Origin: a virus
Lineage: Duplodnaviria > Caudoviricetes
IMG/VR virus record: IMGVR_UViG_3300035208_006730
Direction: 5' to 3' (one strand)
DNA: 64,000 bases
The notes under the pieces were generated by a model. The model ran no database searches. It saw only the letters and a program-made list of their open reading frames with translations, and was not told the origin of the DNA. Position numbers and translations under genes: made by a program. Of this stretch, positions 1-9,589 are shown piece by piece (position 1 is the first letter of the stretch; each line of letters begins with the position of its first letter).

Positions 1-214
1 AATCGTTACAACTGCATTTAATTAACTTTCCTAAGGAATCTCTTCTCATCGTCCGAATAACGCCATTTTGACGTTTCTTTTCTTCAGAGAAAAGGCCTTG
101 CAAAGTATTGATTAATTCATTCCTAATGCTAATTTCACTAGAAACTGACGAATAGATATCTAATGGATTATTTTTAGACGATTTTGAGTAAAGATTGTCA
201 AGATAGGTCTTCAT
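1..214 (-). CDS. Probable head-completion/neck protein, N-terminal part (runs off the window)
   Basis: Own translation from ATG 214: MKTYLDNLYSK...RTMRRDSLGKLIKCSCND. It abuts the stop of the previous gene; function inferred from position in the virion operon. Confidence 0.55.
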   Translation of the reverse strand, partial: MKTYLDNLYSKSSKNNPLDIYSSVSSEISIRNELINTLQGLFSEEKKRQNGVIRTMRRDSLGKLIKCSCND

Positions 215-1201
215 TTACCACCTACTTTTAAATCCAGTTAACCAACGTCGATGACCAGCTTCTTTTCTTTTAGAATTGGCCACTGGAATACGGCGCGAAG
301 TATTAGATTCTTCATCTAAAGCTTTCCATAATCGAGCAATGATTGGACGGTCTGGATCATGTTCTCCTTTGATAACATTTCTGGGAGTTTGTGTTTTTTG
401 ACCACCGGTATTAACCTGAATCTCCCATTTTTGAAGACATGCTGCTACACGATCCAAAAGAGCATCAACGGCTCTATCATTGTAAGTTACAGAAAAGTCG
501 CCTAAAGACTTAGATTTTGTAGTTTGAAGTCCAGGCCCATTCAATGCAAGATTTGCGGCGGCGCGACATGTCGCCCATTCTCTGCGCGCATGCTCGTAAA
601 ATGCCGAATTAAGATGTCTCGCAAAAGTAATCGCATCTGCCTCGAGACTTGCTTCGAGGATAGAAAGATAGATTGCGTTACTTGGAACTCCCCTAATTGC
701 ACTTCCTACCTCAATTCTAACCTTCATTTCATCTGTGTAAATTGGCGAGATTTCAGTTAAAAATGAAAACTGATACTCATCTTCAAGGCTTGTCCCGTCT
801 GTAGCTAGAATTCCAGAATTAACAATAACATCAACCCAATTATTGAGATTAATTTGTCCTGGTAAACTTTCCCATATTCCGCTTGCAGAAACTTCAAAAG
901 AAAAAATTCCAGAAAGAGTCTGACCATTCAGTTTGCCAACCCAAACATCAATCCAATCTCCATCTGGACCGTCTTCTGGAGGGGTAAAATCGGCTTCAAA
1001 AATTCCTTCTTCCCAATAAGTTGGAACTAGGGTATCAACGGCATTGGATGAGTCTGCAAGGAATGCATCAAGATCTTCTCCAGTCAAAGAGGTTGGTTCA
1101 AATATGTAAGTGAGAACTCCACTCGCTTGAGCTGGATCATTGAGGTCATCAAGCATCTTTGCTCGAAGAACTATTTCGTTCCCTGCACGGACACCTCTCA
1201 T
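215..1201 (-). CDS. Head-tail connector/adaptor-like virion protein
   Basis: Start re-assigned to ATG 1201 (GGAGG RBS, MRGVRAGNE). The C-terminal KSKSLGDFSVTY motif is typical of head-completion proteins. Confidence 0.6.
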   Translation of the reverse strand: MRGVRAGNEIVLRAKMLDDLNDPAQASGVLTYIFEPTSLTGEDLDAFLADSSNAVDTLVPTYWEEGIFEADFTPPEDGPDGDWIDVWVGKLNGQTLSGIFSFEVSASGIWESLPGQINLNNWVDVIVNSGILATDGTSLEDEYQFSFLTEISPIYTDEMKVRIEVGSAIRGVPSNAIYLSILEASLEADAITFARHLNSAFYEHARREWATCRAAANLALNGPGLQTTKSKSLGDFSVTYNDRAVDALLDRVAACLQKWEIQVNTGGQKTQTPRNVIKGEHDPDRPIIARLWKALDEESNTSRRIPVANSKRKEAGHRRWLTGFKSRW

Positions 1202-1214
1202 TTTAGACCTCCAG

Positions 1215-1382
1215 TTATGCTGCCCACTTAATTGCACCATATCTTGCACCGAGATCAAGTATCTGAAAGTTGCCATTTATCCAGTTTACAGTTTGAGTTG
1301 TTCCGGTAGGCACCATTGTTGCGGGAATTGTATGGCTAATTTGTTTTGAAAATATTAATGATTGAGCGAATTTACGAGTCAT
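1215..1382 (-). CDS. 55-aa ORF not in the ORF track, fibre-domain-like remnant
   Basis: AGGA RBS, then MTRKFAQ...TQTVNWINGNFQILDLGARYGAIKWAA*. It fills the gap between its neighbours. Confidence 0.5.
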   Translation of the reverse strand: MTRKFAQSLIFSKQISHTIPATMVPTGTTQTVNWINGNFQILDLGARYGAIKWAA

Positions 1383-1391
1383 TGTATTTTC

Positions 1392-2966
1392 CTAGGTAAG
1401 TCTCTTGAGTTCTGAACCAGCAGATCCCTCAACCGTACTTCCTGCGTTAGCGAAATCACCGGCCCAAGTATAGTCAACAGCATCAACGTTACAATTTGTT
1501 GTTCCGCCCATACCTGAGGGGGCATTAAGGGCCAAAAAGCCACCGCTAGAAATTCGAGCACCAAAGGTATTTCCAGAACAATTTAGAAATGTTCCAGAAC
1601 CGCCTACTTGACAGAAAGCTCCAACATTAGAAATAACGGCGTAAGCATCTGTGCATTTAAAGTGATTAAACATATGGATTTGAGCTAGACCGCCCTCGAA
1701 ACATCCTAACTGAAGAGCAACTCCAGTCCCAGATGTAACTGCTCTAAAGTTGTAACTTCCGAGTTTCAGATAAGAACCAGCGATAGAAATTCCATACTTA
1801 GAGTTGTTTCCGGTCGTATCATAAATTGTCAATTTACTAATATCAGCTATTCCGCCGCCGATTAATTTAATTGCAGCTGAAGCTCCACCTCCCGAATTTG
1901 CTTTGATAAAACAACCTCGAGAGTATAGATAACAACTATCGTCTGTATGGATTACATTGGCGCCTGCGCCCTCGCTTGAAGGAACAAAGCAACATTCATA
2001 AAGCTTAATTGGATTCGAAACAACTTGACCATAGGACATGAAAAAGTTTGTATCTGCAGCAAGATATCCAATGCAGTTTTTAAACTCTAGAGCTCCATTG
2101 CCGGTTCCAGTATTCGATTCAGCAAATCCAAGACCATCTTTACCGAACTGGATGTTTCTGAATTCAATGTCGGCATTTAATCCAGCTTTGCCTCGAGCAA
2201 CTTCAATCCCATACCATTGATATTCTCCTGAGGCGAAGGCGGCAATGCCAATTGCTTTTGGTTCAACAATTGTGAATCTCATAGCAAGACCAGAAGCAGA
2301 GAAATATTCAGCTGGAACCTCCAGTGTTGTTGAAGTATTAGAACAAATTGGAATCTTGTAACCAGTGTAGAATCCACTAGTCACGTCCATTAATTTACCT
2401 TGAAATTCGTTTGTTACCCAGTCGCTTCCAGTACTTCTAACGAAATAGTCGAGCCCAGAAGTAGTTCCAGCTTGTTCAGGCTCTAGTTCCGTATTGTTGC
2501 GCCCGACAAAATAGATTCGCCCATTCTGAAGAAACGCATCGTTCATATTTCCAGAAGGAACCGTATTGGCCACTATGGAACTATCTACTGTATAAAAGCT
2601 CTTATTGATTGCAAGCCATGCTGTCTCGAGATATGTTCCATCATTCCCGACGTTGCCTTCAACTCCAGGATGTTCTCCATCTTCTAGGTTGACAATGACG
2701 TACGGCCCAATTCCGTTTGGCAGAATATCTAAAGCATATTGAGCCCTTTTTAATGGGCCACCCAAAGCATCGTATTCTGTTTGATTTGTAACTAGGGTCC
2801 CACTTGGAGGAATTATTCCCGTTGCATCGTCTACTGACATTACAATATTTGTAGTAGTTCTTAATACGGAGAACTCTCTAACTGCTGCTTCGTCCACACC
2901 TGAAGGATCAACTCCTAAAATAGCGTGGTCGGTGATATGGTCAACTAGTCTTTTGCCTATAGACAT
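1392..2966 (-). CDS. Virion protein, probable beta-helix fibre/spike
   Basis: AAGGAG RBS before ATG 2966 (MSIGKRL). The C-terminal half is G/S/N/C-rich and beta-forming. Confidence 0.55.
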   Translation of the reverse strand: MSIGKRLVDHITDHAILGVDPSGVDEAAVREFSVLRTTTNIVMSVDDATGIIPPSGTLVTNQTEYDALGGPLKRAQYALDILPNGIGPYVIVNLEDGEHPGVEGNVGNDGTYLETAWLAINKSFYTVDSSIVANTVPSGNMNDAFLQNGRIYFVGRNNTELEPEQAGTTSGLDYFVRSTGSDWVTNEFQGKLMDVTSGFYTGYKIPICSNTSTTLEVPAEYFSASGLAMRFTIVEPKAIGIAAFASGEYQWYGIEVARGKAGLNADIEFRNIQFGKDGLGFAESNTGTGNGALEFKNCIGYLAADTNFFMSYGQVVSNPIKLYECCFVPSSEGAGANVIHTDDSCYLYSRGCFIKANSGGGASAAIKLIGGGIADISKLTIYDTTGNNSKYGISIAGSYLKLGSYNFRAVTSGTGVALQLGCFEGGLAQIHMFNHFKCTDAYAVISNVGAFCQVGGSGTFLNCSGNTFGARISSGGFLALNAPSGMGGTTNCNVDAVDYTWAGDFANAGSTVEGSAGSELKRLT

Positions 2967-2976
2967 TGATATCTCC

Positions 2977-3378
2977 TTAAACAGTCGTTCCAATGATAGG
3001 AAGATCTGCCATATTCACCGTGATAGAGCCCAAGGTTGCATTAATTAGCCAAGTTGCAGTTAGATAACTCCCGGAGTTTTCAGTAAAACTTGTAAAATCT
3101 CCAATCATTTGGATTTCTGCAACGACCCTAGAAGCTCCAGTATCTAAGCTAAAAATTTTCGGACTAACTTCCCTAGAGTTCTGAAGTAAACGACCAGTTA
3201 CGGTAGATTCTCCTCCGATAATGGGAGTCATAGCAGGAAGAGCCGAAAATTCGTAGGTAACCTCATCTATTCGAAGAACGTCACCAGCGGCATTTTTGTA
3301 GATTCTATTTAGAGAGCCAACACCAACCTTATCTGGACGATAGGTGCAAGGAATAAAGAAGCGATACATGTCGACCAT
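2977..3378 (-). CDS. Hypothetical virion-operon protein
   Basis: GGAG RBS; tightly packed in the operon. Confidence 0.65.
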   Translation of the reverse strand: MVDMYRFFIPCTYRPDKVGVGSLNRIYKNAAGDVLRIDEVTYEFSALPAMTPIIGGESTVTGRLLQNSREVSPKIFSLDTGASRVVAEIQMIGDFTSFTENSGSYLTATWLINATLGSITVNMADLPIIGTTV

Positions 3379-3387
3379 TTTGAACTC

Positions 3388-4404
3388 CTACAAAAGGATT
3401 TTAAGTGTTTTTCCAGTAACAACAAGACGTTTTGACAGTTCTCCATTCGCCGTTACATCTGCAGCTGGATGCGAAGTGGCACTATTTGCGATAATAGTAA
3501 CACTATCGTCTGTAACGGATGAAGAATCAATGTCTTTATTGAATTCTATTGTGATCTCTAGATTCTCTGGATCGACTTGAGCTTCTCTATTTTCTGGAGA
3601 TGTTTTTTCTACATGAAATGGCTCGTCTGATTTTTCCCAAAGAGCAGAAAGAATACTTGTGCTTGTTGTTGAAGGTAAAGCAATAATTGTTCCAGTTCCT
3701 GTTTCAAACGTCCAGGTTAGATGACCTTCATAAACAGTTCCCTCAGTTAAGGTGGCAGAATACAAATCGTCGACTTCAAATTCTCCATCTTCAAATTTTA
3801 CTGAGACCCCATCTTTGAGGAGAACTTCGCCTCTCCTTGTTGAAAGAACTGGACCATGAAGAGTAAATGGATCTGAATCCATATACCAAGTAAACTTAGC
3901 GATACCAGCTACTCCTGAGGTAGTTGCGCGAAGATTTATTGTATCTGACGTACCTTCCCAAGTCCCATTAAAGGTTAGTTCGCCATTTCCAACGTTTCCT
4001 ACACCAGGAGCTCCAGTCACAATTGAATTTGCAGGAACATCAAATAGATGAGCAGTATATTCGGTAGAAGCCTTCAGTGGTTGACTGGGAGTAAAAGTTA
4101 AAATTGTACTATTTATCCCAGAAACTACGGTGATTTCTCCTGCTACTATTCCATGATATCCGGCAGACTCGAGGAAATCTGGCATTTGACCGAGATGCTC
4201 GCCCCAAATATTTTGGGGAAGTTCAACGTGAGAATCTGGCCCTATTACAACATCATAATCAGGTCCTTCCAGGCAGAAAGACTTTTTTAGATACTCCTCG
4301 TCCATCACAAGAGAAAACTCTACAGTAATAGTAGAACGTAATGGGACGCTAAGAGCCCCAGAGGGAGGAGAATAGTCAGAGATGATGTCGATGAGATTGG
4401 CCAT
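3388..4404 (-). CDS. Ig-like (Big_5/SbsA-type) domain structural protein
   Basis: Two Ig-like segments: SPPSGALSVPLRSTITVEFS...LTFTPSQPLKASTEY and TSPENREAQVDPENLEITIEFNKDID. Confidence 0.7.
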   Translation of the reverse strand: MANLIDIISDYSPPSGALSVPLRSTITVEFSLVMDEEYLKKSFCLEGPDYDVVIGPDSHVELPQNIWGEHLGQMPDFLESAGYHGIVAGEITVVSGINSTILTFTPSQPLKASTEYTAHLFDVPANSIVTGAPGVGNVGNGELTFNGTWEGTSDTINLRATTSGVAGIAKFTWYMDSDPFTLHGPVLSTRRGEVLLKDGVSVKFEDGEFEVDDLYSATLTEGTVYEGHLTWTFETGTGTIIALPSTTSTSILSALWEKSDEPFHVEKTSPENREAQVDPENLEITIEFNKDIDSSSVTDDSVTIIANSATSHPAADVTANGELSKRLVVTGKTLKILL

Positions 4405-4405
4405 T

Positions 4406-5020
4406 TTATTCCTCGGAAATTACTCCATTCGGATCCAATGTTTCGTACATCTCTTCGCAGGTTATGTCCGCTAAACCTTTATCGCCAGAGGCTTTCATTT
4501 CTTGATTTACTTTACCGCTAATGGTTGCGAAATTGGCAGAATTAATTGCATCTATCTTACCGTTTAGATAAGAAATAACTGCTTTTCTCTTTGAGCCAAT
4601 ACGTTCCAATTTCCTCATCTCTTCTAAAAGAAATACAGTAGAAATTTCATCAATATTTTGCTTTACAACTTCTACTTTGTTGCGAAGTTTCGCTACCAAT
4701 TCAGCACGTTGATCGTCTTTAATCTTTTGCCTTTTCTCTAAAACTTGGCCCTTTAACTGTTCTTTCTTTTCTTCGATAATTTTTTGAATAGGATTCAACG
4801 GAGCTTTGACTTCTGGTAACGCTGTTTTGAGAAGGGGATGATCGGGTAAAGGTTCGGACCCGCTTAATCTTCTAGAGTCAATTGATTTCTTTACAATGAG
4901 ATATTCGTCAAGTGGCATATTAATTGGATCTATCGATTGCTCTGGTGTAATACCATTCAAATAAACCCTTGATTTGAAAAGAATCATCATGTCTTTTGTG
5001 TTTGTGAGTCTAATCTTCAT
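4406..5020 (-). CDS. Hypothetical protein downstream of MCP
   Basis: 204 aa, AAGGAG RBS, coiled-coil-rich; ends in an LER...KRKAVI helix motif. Confidence 0.65.
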   Translation of the reverse strand: MKIRLTNTKDMMILFKSRVYLNGITPEQSIDPINMPLDEYLIVKKSIDSRRLSGSEPLPDHPLLKTALPEVKAPLNPIQKIIEEKKEQLKGQVLEKRQKIKDDQRAELVAKLRNKVEVVKQNIDEISTVFLLEEMRKLERIGSKRKAVISYLNGKIDAINSANFATISGKVNQEMKASGDKGLADITCEEMYETLDPNGVISEE

Positions 5021-5043
5021 TATTTTCTCCTTAGCGTGGATAG

Positions 5044-5070
5044 AACTGGAGGAAGTTATTTCCTCCAGTT
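5044..5070 (-). terminator. Perfect 11-bp hairpin after the MCP gene (attenuator or mRNA 3' stabiliser)
   Basis: AACTGGAGGAA-GTTAT-TTCCTCCAGTT. There is no clear U-tract on the minus strand. Confidence 0.5.
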
Positions 5071-5097
5071 TAGTTTAGCATATTTGGGGAATTGAAA

Positions 5098-6357
5098 CTA
5101 GACTACAGCGGTAGTGGCAGAAAGAGTAGCGAGATTTGAGCCTGACACATCAATGGTAGCTTGAGCAGGTAGCACGAGTTCATTCGCTGTAACCTTGACG
5201 TTTTTAGCGACTACAGTCTGGAGACCATCATGCAACTGGAACATCGAGTAACGTTCTCTGAGTTTGATTTTGGTCATGTCGTTTTTCGGATCAGTCCACT
5301 CTTCTGTGGTCACTTCTTCGTCAACGACAAGAGCGCCAAGTTCATTCGCATCGCACAAAATCACGTCAGTGAGCATGTTGTCGACATCGAAACGCACGAA
5401 CGGCGAAACGACCATTCGGAATGGGAAACCAAAATAACTTGGAATAGAAGGTGCCGAATTCATTTGCGGATTGTACTCAGTCAGCGCGCTAGGCGTTAAC
5501 GAAGCAGAATTGCCGCCAGGAATAATGGCTTGACCTGCTGTTCCACCGATGCCACCTTGAATGGCACTTTGCCATGCTTGTTGATTGACATTGCCCTGCC
5601 ATCCCTGGAAGAACGAGCCGCCACCAGAGGCAAGAGCGAAAGCGCGCATGATGGGATCTTTAATGAAGGCGACCCACATTAAAGGATGGACGATCATGCA
5701 GTTGGGCACAAAGCCCTGCGTCATCAGAATGGCGAACATATCAAAAATGTCATCCATAATCATGGAGCCGTTACCAGTGCCGTTCAAAGCCCGACCAGTA
5801 GTAGGACCCTTGATTGACGAGGTAGGATTGGTGTTGTCGAAAGCAACAGTACCAGCATTGAGGATCATGTTGGCAACTTTCACTTCTTTCCAACGTGCTA
5901 GAGCTCTACCAGCAGCACGGAGCATCAAACCGATGAGGTCGAATTGAGAATACCTAATCATCTCTTCGCTGACTTTGACGGCCAAACCTGATTTACCAAT
6001 CGTGCAGGTCTTGCTTCCGCTTGCCGTGTCGATTGATTGCTCCTTGTATTCTCCGCTTTCACCGATATCCGAAGCTTCAAAGGCACCAATCGCTCCGTAG
6101 GTGATCGTTTGACCAACTGAATAGTTGATACGAGTCAAGAGAGGAGTGAGGGTAAGAATAGGTTCGATAGCTTCACGAACAATATTCGTAATCACTTTGG
6201 GGAGAAGGGTACTCGCATTGTGCATCGAGATTGCATCCTGAATGGTCCAGGGAGCGCTCTTCGGATGTTCACTATCAATGCCCTTATTCCGCCAAAGCTT
6301 TTCAATCTTTTGCACATCTTCGATAGTGGCGAGATTTTTCTTGTCAGTTGTTTCCAT
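5098..6357 (-). CDS. Major capsid protein (HK97-like fold)
   Basis: 419 aa with LLPKVI..IVREAIEP, IGKSGLAVKVSEEMIRYSQFDLI and KIKLRERY motifs; lies after the protease/scaffold; AGGAGG RBS. Confidence 0.9.
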   Translation of the reverse strand: METTDKKNLATIEDVQKIEKLWRNKGIDSEHPKSAPWTIQDAISMHNASTLLPKVITNIVREAIEPILTLTPLLTRINYSVGQTITYGAIGAFEASDIGESGEYKEQSIDTASGSKTCTIGKSGLAVKVSEEMIRYSQFDLIGLMLRAAGRALARWKEVKVANMILNAGTVAFDNTNPTSSIKGPTTGRALNGTGNGSMIMDDIFDMFAILMTQGFVPNCMIVHPLMWVAFIKDPIMRAFALASGGGSFFQGWQGNVNQQAWQSAIQGGIGGTAGQAIIPGGNSASLTPSALTEYNPQMNSAPSIPSYFGFPFRMVVSPFVRFDVDNMLTDVILCDANELGALVVDEEVTTEEWTDPKNDMTKIKLRERYSMFQLHDGLQTVVAKNVKVTANELVLPAQATIDVSGSNLATLSATTAVV

Positions 6358-6380
6358 TTAAGGTTCCTCCTGTTACTTTC

Positions 6381-7598
6381 TTAGCGAGAGATAAGGTTGA
6401 TTGTTACGAGAAGATTTGCTCCACCAGCATAATGGAGTTTAGCAGGCACGCCACCGTTGGCTGTACCGGCCATTTGATCCATTTGGCCAGCATACCCTGG
6501 AAGAGCACCAGTTCCAGTAGTGCCGAGCGAACCAAACGCAGTTTTCACCTTATCAAGGCCGCCTTGAGGAGTCGTCTTAATTTGGGTGACTTGACCGCAG
6601 ATAACATCGAATCCCTCAGTTGAAGGATCTGCAACGCAGTAGTTCGAGTCGGTATTGAACTTCACTAAATCACCAGGTTTCAAATTGCCCACTGCGCAAA
6701 CGAACTTCGAAACTTCACTGCCCGAAGGAGCAATGGCTGTGGTGTAAGCATAATAGGTAACAGTGACAGTAGTCAAAGCTTCAGTTGAGTAAACCGAGAT
6801 TACGCCAGTTTTGTAGTTGATGTGCCAGTCGCCAGCCGCTTTAACGTCGGCAACAAGGGTTTTTTGACGAACAAACTTGGCCGCATGAAGATTGCCACCA
6901 TCTTCAAAACTGATTGGAGTACGAATGGTATTTTTGGCCACAGGAAGTCTTACAACTGCAGTGGCTGCATACACACTGGTAGCACCAACTTGTGCGAAGG
7001 TCAAAGCCTCATCAACGGCATCATTGGGCACGAGCGGAACTTCTAGAACGTAGTCAAAAGTGACTTCGCCAGCATGTTGTGGATTGTAGTTCTGGAACTT
7101 GTATCCGAGAGGATTGATGCCGTTATCGTACGCGCCCGCATTGCCTGACCATTGGAGGTAAGGATACGAAGCAACACCGATAAACTTTTTGAAATCAGCA
7201 GCGCCTTCATCGGAATCACCCATGAAGTCGTGTTTGCTACCATCGATTGAGGCGATGGTGTACGAAGTGACTGACGCACAAGCTTCGCCAGTTGTAATAT
7301 CAATAGTGCCAGCATCAATGTCGTTTTGGGTGTAGGCAACCGAAGCGCCAGACACAGTGTAGCCCGCAGGAATCAGATCGCCATAATTATCTAGGGCAAC
7401 TCCCTTTCCAGGCATTAAAACGACCCAATCTTCTGAGTTCAAGTTCTTCATTTTGAATTGAACGGGAAGCCAAGCTGCAACTTTATATCCGCCAGCCGAG
7501 CCCATTCCTTCATGTGAAAACGGATCGGGAATCATGTTCCCGACATGGTCGAATGGTTTGTACGCAGATGTTTGTTGACCAATTGCGTTGGTAGTCAT
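6381..7598 (-). CDS. Head structural protein, probable decoration/cement protein
   Basis: Between scaffold and MCP; AGGAGG RBS; codon usage like that of the MCP. Confidence 0.6.
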   Translation of the reverse strand: MTTNAIGQQTSAYKPFDHVGNMIPDPFSHEGMGSAGGYKVAAWLPVQFKMKNLNSEDWVVLMPGKGVALDNYGDLIPAGYTVSGASVAYTQNDIDAGTIDITTGEACASVTSYTIASIDGSKHDFMGDSDEGAADFKKFIGVASYPYLQWSGNAGAYDNGINPLGYKFQNYNPQHAGEVTFDYVLEVPLVPNDAVDEALTFAQVGATSVYAATAVVRLPVAKNTIRTPISFEDGGNLHAAKFVRQKTLVADVKAAGDWHINYKTGVISVYSTEALTTVTVTYYAYTTAIAPSGSEVSKFVCAVGNLKPGDLVKFNTDSNYCVADPSTEGFDVICGQVTQIKTTPQGGLDKVKTAFGSLGTTGTGALPGYAGQMDQMAGTANGGVPAKLHYAGGANLLVTINLISR

Positions 7599-7612
7599 AA
7601 ATTAATCCTCCT

Positions 7613-9589
7613 CTAAACCTTGTTTTGGGGAAGACGACCTTCCCTTGTGAGTGAATCCAATTGAGCCTTCATCCATTTACTTGCAGCTTCTACGCCATGA
7701 GAAAATTGGTATTGAAGACAAAGAGCTTCGAGTTTTTCAAGTTCGTCTTTTGTTAACATATCAGGCTCCTTATCCTTTACCACTGGACCCACTCCGGTTG
7801 TACAGGGGTTGGCGACCTGATTACCATCTGGGTTCCTCGACATTCCATCATTGAGTTTATCACAGATTTTTTGGATGTCTAATACCTTCACACAGTTACC
7901 GATTTCACTGTCTATTACTTCATTTGTCATTTCGGAAATGTCTTTTTCAAGGCAGACCTTCTTGTCCGCAAGGCTCTTAAGTACGCGAAGACATTCGGCT
8001 TTTGCGTTTTTAACTGCAAGTTTGTCTTGAATGGCTTGAGTCTGTATCCCCTGGAAATCTTTGAAAACAGCATCATATTTCACTTGGAGTACGGCGAAAT
8101 TTTCTTTATTTTTTCCAAGTTCATCCTCGAGACGAGCAACTTCACCGAGAAGAGCCTTGTTGTCGTTGGCTAAATCTGCAGGAGCAGAGCAAGAACAATC
8201 AGGAACAAGGGTCTTCAAGTGTTCGGAAAGAGCGACCAGTTGGTCTTTAGTAAGATCTACGGGAAGAACTTTTGAGGGATCGAAAGCGTCTTCTTTCTTG
8301 CTAGTGCAACCAAGAGCTTTGCCCTTACGTTCTACGCATGCAAGAATTGCAGTCTTATCTCCTGTGCCTTTATAGCGACCAATGAGTCTTTTTGCAGCAG
8401 TGTAGTGCGCGCAATCTGGAACTGGGAAAGATCTATTTGGACCACAGAATGAAGATGAGGCCATCTTTTTACGTGATTCAGCTGAGAGTTTCTTATCTTC
8501 AGCTATTTCGACTTTCTCTTCTCCATCACAATCTTTCATCATGTAGGCGTACAACATCTCTTCCTCATCTGCAGTAATTTCGCCACCTTCAAAAATTTTC
8601 ACAAGAATTTGATCTTCTTTTGAAATTTCAGGAACTGGTGTAGCAGCGGGAGGAGCTGGTGGAGTCACAGTATCTGTAGTCGGAATAGTAGCAGCCGCTG
8701 TAGTAGCGGTTTGATCCATGGGTTGTTCAGGCATTTTGTTCTCCTTAGAATCCATCAGGATAACTCCAACCTGATAGGATTTTTTGTTAGTAAATGGTAA
8801 CGTCTTTTCTTGACCATTAAGTGTCATTTGCATTACGATAGAGCCTTCATCAGCAGGATCTCCAACTATTGAATATTCTCTATAGGTTAGTTTCCCGCAA
8901 ATGATGAAAGCTGGAAGTCCATCGTAATTTTCACCTGGTTGATGTTCACACTGATCATTTTTGATCCAGTCTTGTTTACAAATAGAACAGATTGCCTGAT
9001 CGGTTGTTGCGCCGACAGAACCTGTAAGATAGCGACCATCAAGGAATTTTTGAATTGCATCTTCGTTTGTTATGTGAAGATCTATTTCGGCGAAACCTAG
9101 ACCAGAATATTCCTCGTTATCAAGGATTTTATTAATAGAAAATGCGCGGATTAATTCCCACTCATCAACAAGACTCATCCCACCAGAAACAAACTCGTCA
9201 ATAACTTCAGGAGATAACGTAATAATCCCACTATTTTTAATCGATGACGAATTAGAAAGAAGACTCTTGATGGAATGGGACGTGTCAACATACTGAGAAG
9301 AGATAATCCGACCCAACGGATCTCCGTAAGTGTCGTGATTTAGGTGTACTGCTTTTGGATATGGTTTCACGAAAGTTCTAACGCCAGCAGACATTTGGTC
9401 TGGCAAATACATTCTGTTATTTATGATTTTCCCAGAATGAGTTGCCGCCATTTTAACAACAAAACCGTGTTGATTTATATTTGCTGCCGATTGATTAGGT
9501 TGCTGATATAAAAAATCTTTAATAGTTTTTACTGACTTAACGTCGAATGTGACCGTATCACTAAATTTTAGGAAATTTTTCTTTGCCAC
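7613..9589 (-). CDS. Prohead protease fused to a DUF6582-like module and a coiled-coil scaffold
   Basis: ATHSG...KPYPKAVHLNHD...DGRYLTGSVG..CSIC..CEH...EYSIVGDPAD protease-like domain; P/T/A linker; SFCGPNRSFPVPDCAH module; coiled-coil C-terminus. Confidence 0.75.
   Translation of the reverse strand: MAKKNFLKFSDTVTFDVKSVKTIKDFLYQQPNQSAANINQHGFVVKMAATHSGKIINNRMYLPDQMSAGVRTFVKPYPKAVHLNHDTYGDPLGRIISSQYVDTSHSIKSLLSNSSSIKNSGIITLSPEVIDEFVSGGMSLVDEWELIRAFSINKILDNEEYSGLGFAEIDLHITNEDAIQKFLDGRYLTGSVGATTDQAICSICKQDWIKNDQCEHQPGENYDGLPAFIICGKLTYREYSIVGDPADEGSIVMQMTLNGQEKTLPFTNKKSYQVGVILMDSKENKMPEQPMDQTATTAAATIPTTDTVTPPAPPAATPVPEISKEDQILVKIFEGGEITADEEEMLYAYMMKDCDGEEKVEIAEDKKLSAESRKKMASSSFCGPNRSFPVPDCAHYTAAKRLIGRYKGTGDKTAILACVERKGKALGCTSKKEDAFDPSKVLPVDLTKDQLVALSEHLKTLVPDCSCSAPADLANDNKALLGEVARLEDELGKNKENFAVLQVKYDAVFKDFQGIQTQAIQDKLAVKNAKAECLRVLKSLADKKVCLEKDISEMTNEVIDSEIGNCVKVLDIQKICDKLNDGMSRNPDGNQVANPCTTGVGPVVKDKEPDMLTKDELEKLEALCLQYQFSHGVEAASKWMKAQLDSLTREGRLPQNKV

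Noticed and set aside
1202-1276. ORF-track start at 1276 for the connector gene
   Set aside because: Overlaps the 1215-1382 ORF; ATG 1201 has the GGAGG RBS.
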